DNA of 64,000 nt from Octopus sinensis (GCF_006345805.1 NC_043022.1:2418001-2482000), one strand, 5' to 3'. Positions 1 to 12,302 are shown, counted from the first letter of the stretch. Translations and numbers: made by a program. The notes: generated from the sequence alone by a model not told the origin.

Positions 1-47
1 GTGTGAATACATCTTGTTTTCTGTCATAACACATTTTCTTGCACAGA

Positions 48-94
<47 letters not shown>

Positions 95-506
95 ATCTTG
101 TAGGGATCTCATTGAAAAAATTTTTTTCTGTTTAAATTTTGAGCATTCATTCAAAAATTACATATACCCACATGCACAACTATTATGCTATAAGAAAGTG
201 TATGCATGTATATATACATATATGTGTGTGTTTGTGTATATATATATATATATCTGTCTGGTGTAGTCTTCTACCTAGCTGGCTCCTGTCAAACTGTCCA
301 ACCCATGGAAGGTGGACGTTACACAATGATGATATATATATGTATAGATATAAGTTCAGCAAAATTTAGATTCAGTTGAATATGGTACTTAAGTCAAAGG
401 CACCAGAATTTTGTATGGTATTATCCATATAAATCAATGGGGTGATTTTGTAAATAAAATATATATATATATATATGTACTTTATTAAAGCAGTGGAAAA
501 TTCAAC

Positions 507-554
507 AAAACCTGTTACTCTGAGTTTCCCGTTGCCGTTCATCGGACAGTTTTT
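507..554 (-). ncRNA. Minimal type I hammerhead ribozyme-like motif (left arm of fold-back)
   Basis: Minus strand reads aaaaactgt-CCGATGA-A-CG-GCAA-CG-G-GAAA-CT-CAG-AG-TA-acaggtttt. Stems I, II and III pair, cleavage triplet GUA. The mirror copy at 568-615 (+) has core ACGATGA. Confidence 0.6.
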
Positions 555-738
555 GCTAGAATCTAGCAAAAACTGTACGATGAACGGCAACGGGAAACTC
601 AGAGTAACAGGTTTTGTTGAATTTTCTGCTACTTTAAATAAAGCATATTACTCTACCACTGGTATCTGAGTACTCTTTTTTCCACCTTGTTTCACATTTA
701 TGTGTTTACTCCTGTATATATATATATATATATATATA

Positions 739-920
739 TAAGTAATACTAAGCAATAAGGGTTTAGCAACGAGTTGCCTTACCACATACCGAATTTAGAA
801 ATAGCAGTCAAAGTGTATAGCTATTTCTTCTAAAATAGCTATAACACTTTGACTGCTATTTCTAATTCGGTATGTGGTAAGGCAACTCGTTGCTAAACCC
901 TTATTGCTTAGTATTACTTA
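739..920. repeat. Near-perfect long hairpin (about 88-bp arms)
   Basis: Arms are exact reverse complements except two 1-nt indels, loop about 5 nt. Begins at a (TA)n tract. Confidence 0.9.
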
Positions 921-1137
921 AATTTTCCTCGAATGAGGCTTTACATGCCGAAGACTACTTGTGTAATTGATAATTTTTCCAAATTAATTAATTTCACCCT
1001 TCATTATTACGGATATATATATATATAATATATATATATATATAATAATAAATATTAGGGAATAAATCCAAATTTACAGGGAAAAAAATCAGATTTAGGA
1101 TTAAATCCAATTTTATAGTAAAATATTATAAAATATT

Positions 1138-1284
1138 ATTTGAGACAAAACCACTATTTTGCAAAACAAACAAGGAAAGACTTAATCAATACATAAAATT
1201 TAATAAATAGTCAAAATTTATTAAATTTTATGTATTGATTAAGTCTTCCTTGTTTGTTTTGCAAAATAGTGGTTTTGTCTCAAA

Positions 1285-1285
<1 letters not shown>
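1138..1285. repeat. Near-perfect long hairpin (70/71-bp arms, 7-nt loop)
   Basis: 1138-1208 is the reverse complement of 1216-1285 with one indel. Followed by (TA)n. Confidence 0.9.
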
Positions 1286-1339
<54 letters not shown>

Positions 1340-4300
1340 TACATACATAGACTCGTTTACATATATACATATAGATATATAAACATACACCTACACATGT
1401 AAGCCTAGTACTTATTCTATCAATTTCTTTTGCTGAACCGCTAAGTGACAGGTGACGCAAACACACCACACACACAAGCATATGCATAGATATATTTATA
1501 TAAACAGGTTTGATTATTAAAGAATATTTCTATAATATGAGAATCGGTTACCCGCCACCCTCCTATTTTAGCGTAGGATTTTATGACTGATGTACATAAA
1601 ACATAGGATTGAATGTGTATCATTTGCCAATTCTGTTTCGATTGGCAACTCCTTACTTATATTAGTTAATAATATGTGTGCATGCGATCGATTGGTACCA
1701 AGTGTGCAACAAGAGTTCAGTTCCCTGTCCAGCTGTAGGTGGAGGCATGGCTGTGTGGTAAGAGGTTTGCTTCCCAACCACATGGTTCCAGGTTCAGTTC
1801 TACTGTGTGGCACCATGGGCAAGTGTCTTTGGCTATTGCCCTGGACCAGCTAAATCCTTGTGAGTGTAATTCATCATCATCATCATCGTTTAACGTCCGT
1901 TTTCCATGCTGGCATGGGTTGGACGGTTCGACCGGGGATCTGGGAAGCCAGAAGGCTGCACCAGGCTCCGGTCTTATCTGGCAATGTTTCTACAGCTGGA
2001 TGCCCTTCCTAACGCCAACCACTCCGTGAGTGTAGTGGGTGCTTTTTACGTGCCACCTGCGTTGGTGCCAGGCGAGGCTGGCATCAGCCACGGTCGGATT
2101 GGTGCATTTTACGTGCCACCGGCACGGAAGCCAGTCGAGGCGGCACTGTAATTGGTGGATGGAAACTGAAAGAAGCTCATTGTCTATATGTGTTTGTATT
2201 TGCGTTAGTGTCTCACCACCACTTGTCCAACTGGTGTTGGTGTGTTTACATCCCCCATAACACAGCAATTCAGCAAAAGAGACTGATAAAACAAGTACCA
2301 GGCTTGGAATTCTTCAAAGGAGTGCTCCAGCATGGCCGCAGTCTGGGGCACTGAAACAAGTAAAAGATGAAAGACAACTACGGTCATTTCATTTTTCTTT
2401 TCACCTGGTCATTTATCAATCTGTTGTCAATAACGTGGAGACGCATGGCTTGGTGGTTAGGGTTTTGGAATGTAATATAATTGGAAGATTGCGGTTTCGA
2501 TTCCTGAACTGGGCGACGCATCGTGTTCTTGAGCAAAACACTTCCATTTCACGTTGCTTCAGTGCACTCAGCTGGCAAAAGTGAGTAATCCTGTGAGGGA
2601 CTGGCATTCCATCCAGGGAGGAATATATATATGCCATGAAACCAGGGAACTGGCCCTTATGAATCTGCATAACTCAAGAAGGTAGCTTACTTTTTTCTTT
2701 TTCTTTTTTTTATCAATAACTCGGTGAGGTGTAGATTGGCTGACTTGCATTCTACGCATTGCATAATGAACTGGATCAGTGAACCATTGCAGATATTGAC
2801 AATTCAAAATATTGTGTTGAGTTGTATTTGTGGTTCTCGACTGGAGTCCACATAAGGATTCTGTTGTTAAAATTCATGTGCATTAAACAAGTTATACTTA
2901 AAAGCTCCAACCGATCGTGGACGATGCCGGACCCCCCCTGGCACCTGTGCAGGTGGCACGTAAAAAGCACCCACTACACTCGCAGAGTGATTGGCGTTAA
3001 GAAGGGCATCCAGCTGTAGAAACACTGCCAGATCAAACTGGAGCCTGGTGCAGCCCCTGGCTTCCCAGACCCCGGTCGAACCATCCAACCCGTGCTAGCA
3101 CGGAAAACGGACATTAAACGATGATGATGATGACTTCTCAAACCAGTGGTTCTTCCTGGGCCATAGGTTCATAGGGCCAGTCTCCTGTGTATATCCACCT
3201 CACCTGGACAGGATGTCAGTCGGTTGCAAGAGGTTGTACTTCCACAATACATAAAACATTTTTTTAAAAAAACATCTTATGCAATTCTTGATAATTTTTA
3301 ATTATAAAACTATAACAGTATTTTTTTGAAAGATTGAATGGTTATGAGGGTCCTCCCATGTAAAATAAGGAATCAGAAGGGTTCTATAAGCAAAAAATGG
3401 TTGAGTACCTCTGAGCTGTATAATCATCATCATCATCATCGTTTAACATCCGCTTTCCATGCTAGCATGGGTTGGACGATTTTGGCTGAGGACTGGCGGA
3501 CCAGATGGCTGCACCAGACTCCAATCTTGATCAGGCAATGTTTCTACAGCTGGATGCCCTTCCTAACGCCAACCACTCCGAGAGTGTAGTGGGTGCTTTT
3601 TACGTGCCACCTGCACAGGGGCCAGTCAGGCAGTACTGGCAATGACCTCGCGTGAATCTTTTTACACGTGTCACCAGCACAGGTGCCAGTGAAGCAATGT
3701 AGGCAACGATCACGCTCGAATGGTGCATCTATTGGAATTGGATTTGCTTGGTTTTTACTGCAAATATCTTTTCATGTTTCCGAGTTAGATGGCATTTAAG
3801 ATGGCACATGTTGTCCAAAACAAATATCTCAAATAAACACCATGGGCCCTCTATTCTAATCTGGGCCTCCCACAAGCTTCACTTAACAAAATTCTTTTTT
3901 TCTTTCCCTGTCTACCTGTCTATGCTCTGCTGAAATTGATGTCCACAGACGATGCTCATTGTTCTTTTATGCCATTAAATATGGAATTTTCTAATATAAT
4001 TAGCAGTGTGTCTCTGTCTGTCTGTCTGATCCCTACCCTTTCTGATCTACGTCAAGGCTAGGTATCTTCTGCATTTCATGGAAATACTAAAACAGGTTGT
4101 TTAATTATCTCTGATGCTTTCACAATGTCTGTATTTCATGAGAATTCCAAGAGGCTCTTTAGTTTGCTACATTATTAATATAATTGTCCATATCTAATTT
4201 GCAATCTAATTACTGGTAGGGTAACAGTAATTCATTTGTTATACTATAATTATCATTGTCATCATCATTTAACATCCACATTCCATACTAGCATGGATTA

Positions 4301-4608
4301 GACTGTTCAACAGGGTATAGCAAACCAGAGAGTTGTGTTGAGCCCTAACATCTACTGTGGTATGATTTCCCCAGTTGGGTCCCCTTCCCTATGTCAACCA
4401 CTTTACAGAATGTCCTGGGTGTATTTTTCATGGCACCAACACTAGTGAGGTCACCAAGCTACTTGAAAGACAAGACCTCTCGGCAGGGTGGGGGTATGTA
4501 ATATTGAGTGGGGATGACTTTGTGCCAGGTGTCACTGAGGGATAGGAACAGGTGTGTTGCTTTAGCGGAGATACACCACCGCATCAGCTGATTGTGGACT
4601 GTTAGGTA

Positions 4609-4990
4609 TGGAAGCACTCCGTCGGTTATGACGACGAGGGTTCCGGTTGATCCGAATCAACGGAACAGCCTGCTCGTGAAATTAATGTGCAAGTGGCTGA
4701 GAACTCCACAGACACGTGTACCCTTAACGTAGTTCTAGGGGATATTCAGCGTGACACAGAGAGTGACAAGGCCGGCCCCTTGAAATACAGGTACAACAGA
4801 AACAGGAAGTAAGAGTGAGAGAAAGTTATGGTGAAAGAGTACAGCAGGGATCACCACCATCCCAGCCGGAGCCTCGTGGAGCTTTAGGTGTTTTCGCTCA
4901 ATAAACACTCACAACGCCCGGTCTGGGAATCGAAACCGCGATCCTATGACCGCAAGTCCGCTGCCCTAACCACTGGGCCATTGCGCCTCC
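4609..4990 (-). mobile_element. tRNA-derived SINE family A, full length
   Basis: tRNA-like head GGAGGCGCAATGGCCCAGTGGTTAGGG...TTTCGATTCC, 11-bp TSD actgttaggta (4598-4608 / 4991-5001). Also at 28791-29171 (-) and 60040-60421 (+). Confidence 0.9.
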
Positions 4991-6231
4991 ACTGTTAGGT
5001 AATTAATTAACTAAACAAACTTTGGGTGACGGTGCAAACACTTGGGGCACCTAGGCAAGAGGGATACTGTTTAAATCTGGTTCAGTTACCTTTTTATCTC
5101 TGGATGTTTAACTTGTTAGTGTTGGGTTAATTGTATTGTGAATTAAGACTTCTGGTGTGTGTGGTTCTGACAACCAAAGTTGATGTCACTCTATCATAGC
5201 AGTGTCTTTAAACAAGGCCTATAACTCTGATCCAGCTTAGTTGTGGTCTGTGACAGATTTATGTAAAGAAAACGACAAAGCCTGATTGCAAAAGATTTTT
5301 TCCAGTTCTTTCTACAAATACCCAGTTTCTCCGTTCTTGCTCCTGTTGTCAATTACTCCGAATTTCTTGTAATTCTTCAAAGCGATATTTGGATCTACTT
5401 GTCATACGTAAGGAATTACCCTAGATGTTAATTCTATTTGAATTTTTTTTTTTTTTTTTTTTGATTATAGTTAACCAAGTTCTCGATATCTGCCTGGATT
5501 TTTTAATCCCTTTTACCTTCTGTTACACACACACACACACACAATTTAACGACGTATCAGACACATGCTTTAAGAAAAAGTCTCTAAATGTCACCCTGGG
5601 TCCTATGTGTGATGTTAGACCTATAATACATGCTTTAATGCACTAAAAAAGCAGGGATGAATATATATTTCTTTACTACCCACAAGGGGCTACACAGAGA
5701 GGGGACAAACAAGGACAGACAAACGGATTAAGTCGATTACATCGACCCCAGTGCGTAACTGGTACTTAATTTATTGACCCCGAAAGGATGAAAGGCAAAG
5801 TCAGCCTCGGCGGAATTTGAACTCAGAACGTAACGGCAGACGAAATACTGCTACGCATTTTGCCCGGCGTGCTAACGTTTCTGCCAGCTCGCCACCTTTT
5901 TTTAAGATATGCTGTTGAAATTGGGGTGCATCTCGTATTCATGTGCATCTTTTGTGCCATCAACTATGTTATGTGTATAATTGGTCCCGGGTAGGGACAG
6001 AGCTTTGCTAGAAGTAGAGCTGCTTTGTTGAATCAGTTCAAATTTAGATATTGCCTTGGATTATGTCATCATCATCTTCATTTAGTGTCTGCTTTCCATG
6101 CTGGCATGGCTTAGAAGGTTTAACTGGAACCAATAAGCCAGAGAGCTGTACCAGGTTTCAGTTTGATTTTGGCTTGGTTTCTATGGTTGGATGCCCTTCC
6201 TAATGCCAACCACTCCAAGAGTGTAGTGGGT

Positions 6232-6413
6232 GCCCTCCAAGTGTTACCAGCACAGCTGGCCTCCAAGTGTCACCAGCACGGCTGCCCTCCAAGTGTCACC
6301 AGCACGGCTGCCCTCCAAGTGTCACCAGCACGGCTGCCCTCCAAGTGTCACCAGCACAGCTACCCTCCAAGTGTCACCAGCACAGCTACCCTCCAAGTGT
6401 CACCAGCTCAGGT
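6232..6413. repeat. Minisatellite, 7 x 26 bp (GCCCTCCAAGTGTCACCAGCACGGCT)
   Basis: Directly visible tandem copies with no spacers, inside a family D element. Confidence 0.92.
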
Positions 6414-6445
6414 GCCTGCCAAGTGTATATATATATATATGTGTG

Positions 6446-6490
<45 letters not shown>

Positions 6491-6492
<2 letters not shown>

Positions 6493-6929
6493 AAAGGAAA
6501 AAGGACAACAGAACCAAGGCAGGATGAGTATCTCCAGTCATTTAGAATAATTTGATTAGGGTATGGTGGATTTGAAGTCTTACTGCTGTTTCTGGGATAT
6601 CCCAGGTGATAGGCTAGCATGTCCATATATTCGGTACTTTGATTCTCCATATACTGTGAACTTTATTCTCCTGTCCATATTCCTCTATCTACTTTTCCTC
6701 ATTATTCTTTGATTTTATTCCTTATAAACTGTGAATTTCCCTGTCTCGAACTTTCGTACTCACCTTTGTCTCTGATGAGGGAATACCCAGTGTACAGACA
6801 TGCTAGCCTACCACTTAGGATAACCCAGAAACAGCTGTAAGACTTCAAAGTCACCTTACCCAAATTAAATTATTTTAAATGACTTGGGATACTCGTCCAT
6901 CCCTGGTTTTTGTTGTCCTTTTTCCTCTA
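6491..6929 (+). mobile_element. Penelope-like pseudo-LTR remnant with inverted partial copy
   Basis: 6491-6623 is an imperfect reverse complement of 6797-6929. TA-rich sequence flanks both ends and the element contains a hammerhead motif. Confidence 0.6.
6768..6843 (+). ncRNA. Minimal type I hammerhead ribozyme-like motif
   Basis: gtct-CTGATGA (6772-6778)-GGGAATA...TAACCC-A-GAAA (6828-6831)-C-AGCT-G-TA-agac. Stem I is GTCT/AGAC and stem III is the palindrome ACAGCTGT. Confidence 0.65.
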
Positions 6930-8039
6930 ATATAATATATACCTGCTAACACGGAACCCTACTAATGATCCCTAGCTCCTGCCTCAGCTGTGAACTTGGA
7001 ACCTAACGAATGACCAATTATTGCCCTTACTTAGTGTACCTATTCATTTAGATCACCGGTGAACTAAACCCCTCATTATAAGGCACGTAGCTTAGCGGTT
7101 AGGGCATTCGGCTCACAATTGTAAGTTCACGAGTTCGATTCCCGGCGACGCATTATGTCCTTGAGCAAGACACTTTATTTCACGTTGCTCCAGTGCACTC
7201 AGCTGGCAAAAATGAGTTGTACCTGTAATTCCAAAGAGGCCAGCCTTGTCTCATTCTGTGTCATGCTGAATCTCCCTAAGAGCTATGTTAAGGGTATGCA
7301 TGTCTGTGGAGTACTCAGCCACTTGCAAATTCATTTCACAAGCAAGCTCTTCCATTGATCATATAACTGATGGAGTTACCAAAGGCACCTGGCTTAGTGG
7401 TCAAGGCCATGAGTTCAGCTCCTGGCAGTGGGTTGTGTCCTTGAGCAAGACACTTTATTTCACGTTGCTCCAGTCCACTCAGCTGGTAAAAACGAGTAGT
7501 ACCTGTATTTCAAAGGGCCAGCCTTGTCACACTCTGTGTCACGCTGAATCTCCCCGAGAACTACATTAAGGGTACACGTGTCTGTAGAGTGCTCAGTCAC
7601 TAGCACGTTAATTTCACGAGCAGGCTGTTCCGTTGATCGTATCAGCCAGGACCCCCCCCCTCATCGTCGTAACCGACGGAATGCTCCTTTTATTAAAGAC
7701 TGATAGAGAAGAAGGAATGTACCGAAAAAATTACCACCACAAAAATTTGACTTATATGTCGTTTTTAAAATCCTTTCCTGACCTACATTAAACGAGGTAA
7801 ATGGACAATGACGATTCACGTTACTAACCTCGTTGTTTTCATATTTCTCCATTGTTATTTTGTATTACCTGATTTGCATATTAGAACAGGAATAAAAATA
7901 ATAATAATAATAATAATAAGGTCACCTTGCAGCTGCTTTAGCACTCCCCTTTTAAATTGCATGGGTGTCGGCAGGGGCTGGGGAGTGTCTTTCTCTTTAA
8001 ATTGTTGGTCATGTGATGATTTGTTGTTGTTACAGTACC

Positions 8040-8133
8040 TATATAAATGTGTGTATATATATATATATATGTATACACACACATACGGACGTGTGCCTTC
8101 ATATATATATATATATATATATATATTAATATA

Positions 8134-8180
<47 letters not shown>

Positions 8181-8487
8181 GTATATATATATGTATATAT
8201 ATATGTATATATATATGTATATATATATGTATATATATACATATATATACTATATATATGTATATATATATATATACATATATATACTATATATATTATT
8301 ATATACATATATATATACATATATATCCATATTATATACATATATATAATATATGTATATTCTATATATATATATATATCTATATATGCATATATATATA
8401 CATTATATATATGCATATATATGCATATGTATATATATATGTGTGTGTATATATGTATATATATTGTGTGTGTGTATATGGCATATA

Positions 8488-8535
<48 letters not shown>

Positions 8536-8705
8536 CACATATATATGTATATACATACATACATACGCGCACGTATGTTTGTGTAGGTATATATATATGT
8601 ATATATATATAGACGTGTGTGTATATGTCATCATTTAACATCCGTCTTCCATGTGTGTATATATGCATGTATACACATACATACACGTATGTATATGCAT
8701 ATACT
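8040..8705. repeat. Compound (TA)n/(TATG)n/(TG)n microsatellite block
   Basis: Directly visible. Explains the spurious Y/I-rich ORFs in the track. Confidence 0.95.
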
Positions 8706-9003
8706 GACATACCACCCACCACCCCCTACTGTCACCACCCATCATCGTCATCATTTCCCTGCTACATGAGTGAAGAATGGTGTTTATTGTGTGACATTGG
8801 TGTGTGTTTTTTTGTTGTTGTTTTTTTTCAATGCTCTGATGTGACTGACACTGCATGAGAATGAATGAAGCTCATTGTTTTTAAGATCACAAGAATGTCA
8901 GATTTTCTGCGATTGTTATGTCTTGTGCAATCACGTTTTCGGCTTTTGCAGAATCTTTTTTTGTTGTTTTTTTTTTTATCTTGGTCATATCTATCCATCT
9001 CTT

Positions 9004-9042
<39 letters not shown>

Positions 9043-10647
9043 CTCTTTCTCAATAATTGTTTTCTATATTTATTTTGTTGTTGTTTAGCCCCAGGTCAGT
9101 CTTGCACCTCATTAGACCTGTTGCATGTAAAGGACTATATATTATCTAGTACATTCCTTATTTTTCAAGATGTCAGGATTTAATTCGAGGGAAATTTGGC
9201 TGCTGTTTCTAGCAGGTCCAGTAATCACTTGAAAGGCCCTGTCAGTGCTTTCTTTCTGTTGTCTCAAAATATTTAACCCTTTAGCATTTAAGCTGATCAT
9301 ATGCAGCCCAGATATCCTACCTGTTTTATGTTCAGTTCAGCCAGATCTGGCCTTTCAAACTTACCCTACAACACCATTCTAAATAATAAACAAATCACCA
9401 TATCAAAATTTCAAAGCTATCAGATATCATCATCTATTTCTTTATTGCCCACAGGGGGCTAAACATAGAGGGGACAAACAAGGACAGACAAAGGGATTAA
9501 GTCAATTACATCGACCCCAGTGCGTAACTGGTACTTATTTAATTGACCCCGAAAGGATGAAAGGCAAAGTCGACCTCGGCGGAACTTGAACTCAACGTAG
9601 CGGCAGACGAAATACGGCTACACATTTCGCCCGGCGTGCTAACGGTTCTGCCAGCTCGCCGCCTTTTCAGATATCAACATCTGTTTTCCATGCTGGCATG
9701 GGTTGGATGATTTGATTGAAAATGGGGAGCTACACCAGGTTCCAATCTGATTCGGTATGGTTTCTACGGCTGGATGCCCTTCCTAATGCCAACCACTCTG
9801 AGAATGTAATGGGTACCAGTTATGAAACACTGGCATCGACCACCACGATGATCTCACTTGGTTTGCCATGTCTTCTCAAGCATGGTATAATGCATGATTA
9901 ATTCAAAACAGTGTGAATCAGCTTAAGATTTGACAGTAATCAGAATGCTAAATGGTTAATGTATATACATCATTGATAGGCAAGTTACTGCAGTATTTGT
10001 CCTGAGATAACACCTTTTTGATGTACTGTGTTTAAAAGCGATAAATATCAGATGAACATTTGCCTGATCAGCAACCTGTGAGAACCCCAGGTGCATTTTA
10101 AGTTCTTTTAAGCCTTTGCAATGGTGCATGCTTGCAACCAGACATTTGCTCAGGCATGAATACAGGTATGTGTTACTTTGATGTTGTTACTCGTAGTTAT
10201 ACACTGGAGGATTTGCAGGTAGCATTTATATTTTTAATGCTGTGGACATTGCCAGAGTGAGTGGTACTGTCCAGGTGTCGAAACCATAGTGATATCTGGT
10301 GTGCAGCTAATGATGGAAATGCACACGTTATGCTTGATTGTAAATTTCTTATATCTGAGTCTCATTATTCTAGGTTGTCCTTCGTTTTATGTAAACCGGA
10401 AACTTTTTGTGGATTCAGTTTGTAGGGATTGCTTATTTTGGTATTGTTTGGGTTTCTTCATAGGTATCCTGATTAGGTTTAGACATTGCTCAGATATTGG
10501 TGTCTAGTTTTGAGAGGTTTTGTGGCTTGTGTGTGTATGTGATTGTAAGTATATTTATGTTTGTGATATCACGTGGTAGTTGTGAGTATTACTGCCATAC
10601 AAATAGGGTCAGTCATTTCCAGTATTACGGGAAAAACATGTCTGGCC

Positions 10648-11385
10648 AGTTAAGTTAAGTTAATTTTTTGGCTCAAAAAGCAAAAAGCAAGGCCATGTAG
10701 GGGGACATGGAATTATGTACAGGGTGGTGTTCATGCAAAGAGTTCAGGCCATTTCTGGTCAAGAGAGACTTTGAACCGAGCGGTCGTTGGCATCTTCACT
10801 ACCTCGTCCGGCAGCTTATTCCACGGATCCGCAACCCGGACAGAGAAAGCCCCTCTCCTTCGATTGAGATGAAATCGTCGCAGATAGAGCTTTTCGGAGT
10901 GACCCCGCAGCCGACGCTCTGGAGCAGGAGTGAAGAACAGCTCTTTTGAGAGGTTACACTTTCCGCTTATGATGTTGTGAGCAAGAATGAGATCACCACG
11001 GCGTTGTCGTTTTTCTAGAGAATAAAGGTTGAGCGTCTTCAGCCTTTCTTCATAAGACAAATGCTTGAGACCAAGAACCATGCGGGTAGCCAGCTTCTGG
11101 ACTCTTTCAAGATGATGTATGTCTTTGAGGAGATAAGGAGAAGAGGCTTGAATCCCGTACTCCAATATGGGTCTCACCAGCTTGACATAGAGCGGTAGGA
11201 ATATGGCTGCTGTGAGCATTCAGAATGACCATCGAATCAAAAACAGAACTCCGCGTGCTTTGTTGGCAGCATGGATGCAATGGGCCGAAGGCGAAAAGGA
11301 AGAATGCACCAAGATACCCAGGTCCTTTACCTGGTCGGTCCTCTCCAGCAGCAGACGACCCAGCTCAAAATCAAGTTGAGTTGGG
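10648..11385 (-). mobile_element. CR1-clade LINE 3' fragment (RT C-terminus, 3'UTR, (TTAAC)n tail)
   Basis: ORFs 11220..11486 and 10731..11219 give VKDLGILV...LYVKLVRPILEYG...LERVQKLATRMV...RRRGDLI...FSVRVADPWNKLP, with one in-frame stop at 11220-11222. Confidence 0.9.
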
Positions 11386-12177
11386 GAAGATATTACCTTG
11401 CTTGGAAACAGGTGAAGGTAGGTGACAGGAAGGGCATCTGGCTGTTGGAAATAATCTGCCTCAGTGAATTCCATCTGACAACCCATTCAAGCATGGAAAA
11501 GGTGGACATGAAAGCAACGGTGATAGTCATGTGACCTGGGGAGGAAAAAGAGAGGGAGAGAGAGAGAGAGCGAACACTTCTGTATTGTCACTGATTAATT
11601 TAGAAATAGAAGCTAATACACTACAAAGAGACAAAAAGAAAATGGTCTGTCAAAGGTGCAACACACAAAGACACACAAACACACACATCCTACCTGTTAT
11701 CATAGCTCACCTAGGGCTAAACAATAGCTACAAAGATAGTTTCCTGTGAAGTCTGATGATGCAATCATTCTATGACTCATCACAGACATAATAAACATTT
11801 CACAGCATTATTTGTTGTAATTTTTTGTTTTTTTTTGTTCTTTATAAACTGCTTCTTTTTTTAAAATTAATTAAATTAAATAATTGCTAAATGTTTGTCC
11901 CAAGTGCCAAACTTTGTGAAAACTTTTGGCCTATGAAACGTTAATTCAATGTCGTATACTAATTTCATTATTGCCACAGTCTTGTGGCTGTGTGGTAAGA
12001 AGCTTGCTTCCCAACCACATGGTTCTGGGTTCAGTCTCACTACATGGCACCTTGGGCAAGTGTCTTCTACTATAGACACACGTGCATGTGAATGGACAAA
12101 TGAAAGGAAGGGCACTCAACACATTTATTGGGAGTTACATGCATTATTCAAAATAGTTTGATTTGGATTCCATGCAA

Positions 12178-12246
12178 GTTTCGAAGCCCCTAGAGGAGCC
12201 TATTTCCTCAGGCTGATGAGATAGGCTCCATTAGGGGCTTCGAAAC
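12178..12246. ncRNA. Head-to-head inverted pair of hammerhead-like cores
   Basis: 34-bp arms with 4 mismatches. Plus strand reads CTGATGA-GA...GCTCC-ATTA-GGGGC-T-TC-GAAAC; minus strand reads CTGAGGA...GAAAC. Native stem I is not evident. Confidence 0.5.
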
Positions 12247-12302
12247 ATGAAGTAACACAGAACCTGAGCCAAACTGTCTTGAATAATATAATATTATATA
12301 TA

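Noticed and set aside
5270-5410. Minus-strand coding-like stretch (VDPNIALKNYKKFGVIDNRSKNGETGYL*)
   Set aside because: Short, interrupted by a stop, and no recognisable family.
6232-6413. 26-bp repeats as a CRISPR array
   Set aside because: No unique spacers, eukaryotic context, no cas genes.
7808-8722. Long Y/I/C-rich ORFs (up to 276 aa)
   Set aside because: Translations of TA/TG microsatellites. The same applies to most short ORFs in the track, which come from SINEs, MITEs and simple repeats.
10091-10165. AG...GTATGT-bounded 75-nt candidate exon
   Set aside because: Poor pyrimidine tract, and the open frame I translated shows no similarity to NCoR.
11748-11790. CTGATGA followed by a hairpin as a hammerhead
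   Set aside because: No GAAA strand or cleavage triplet follows.
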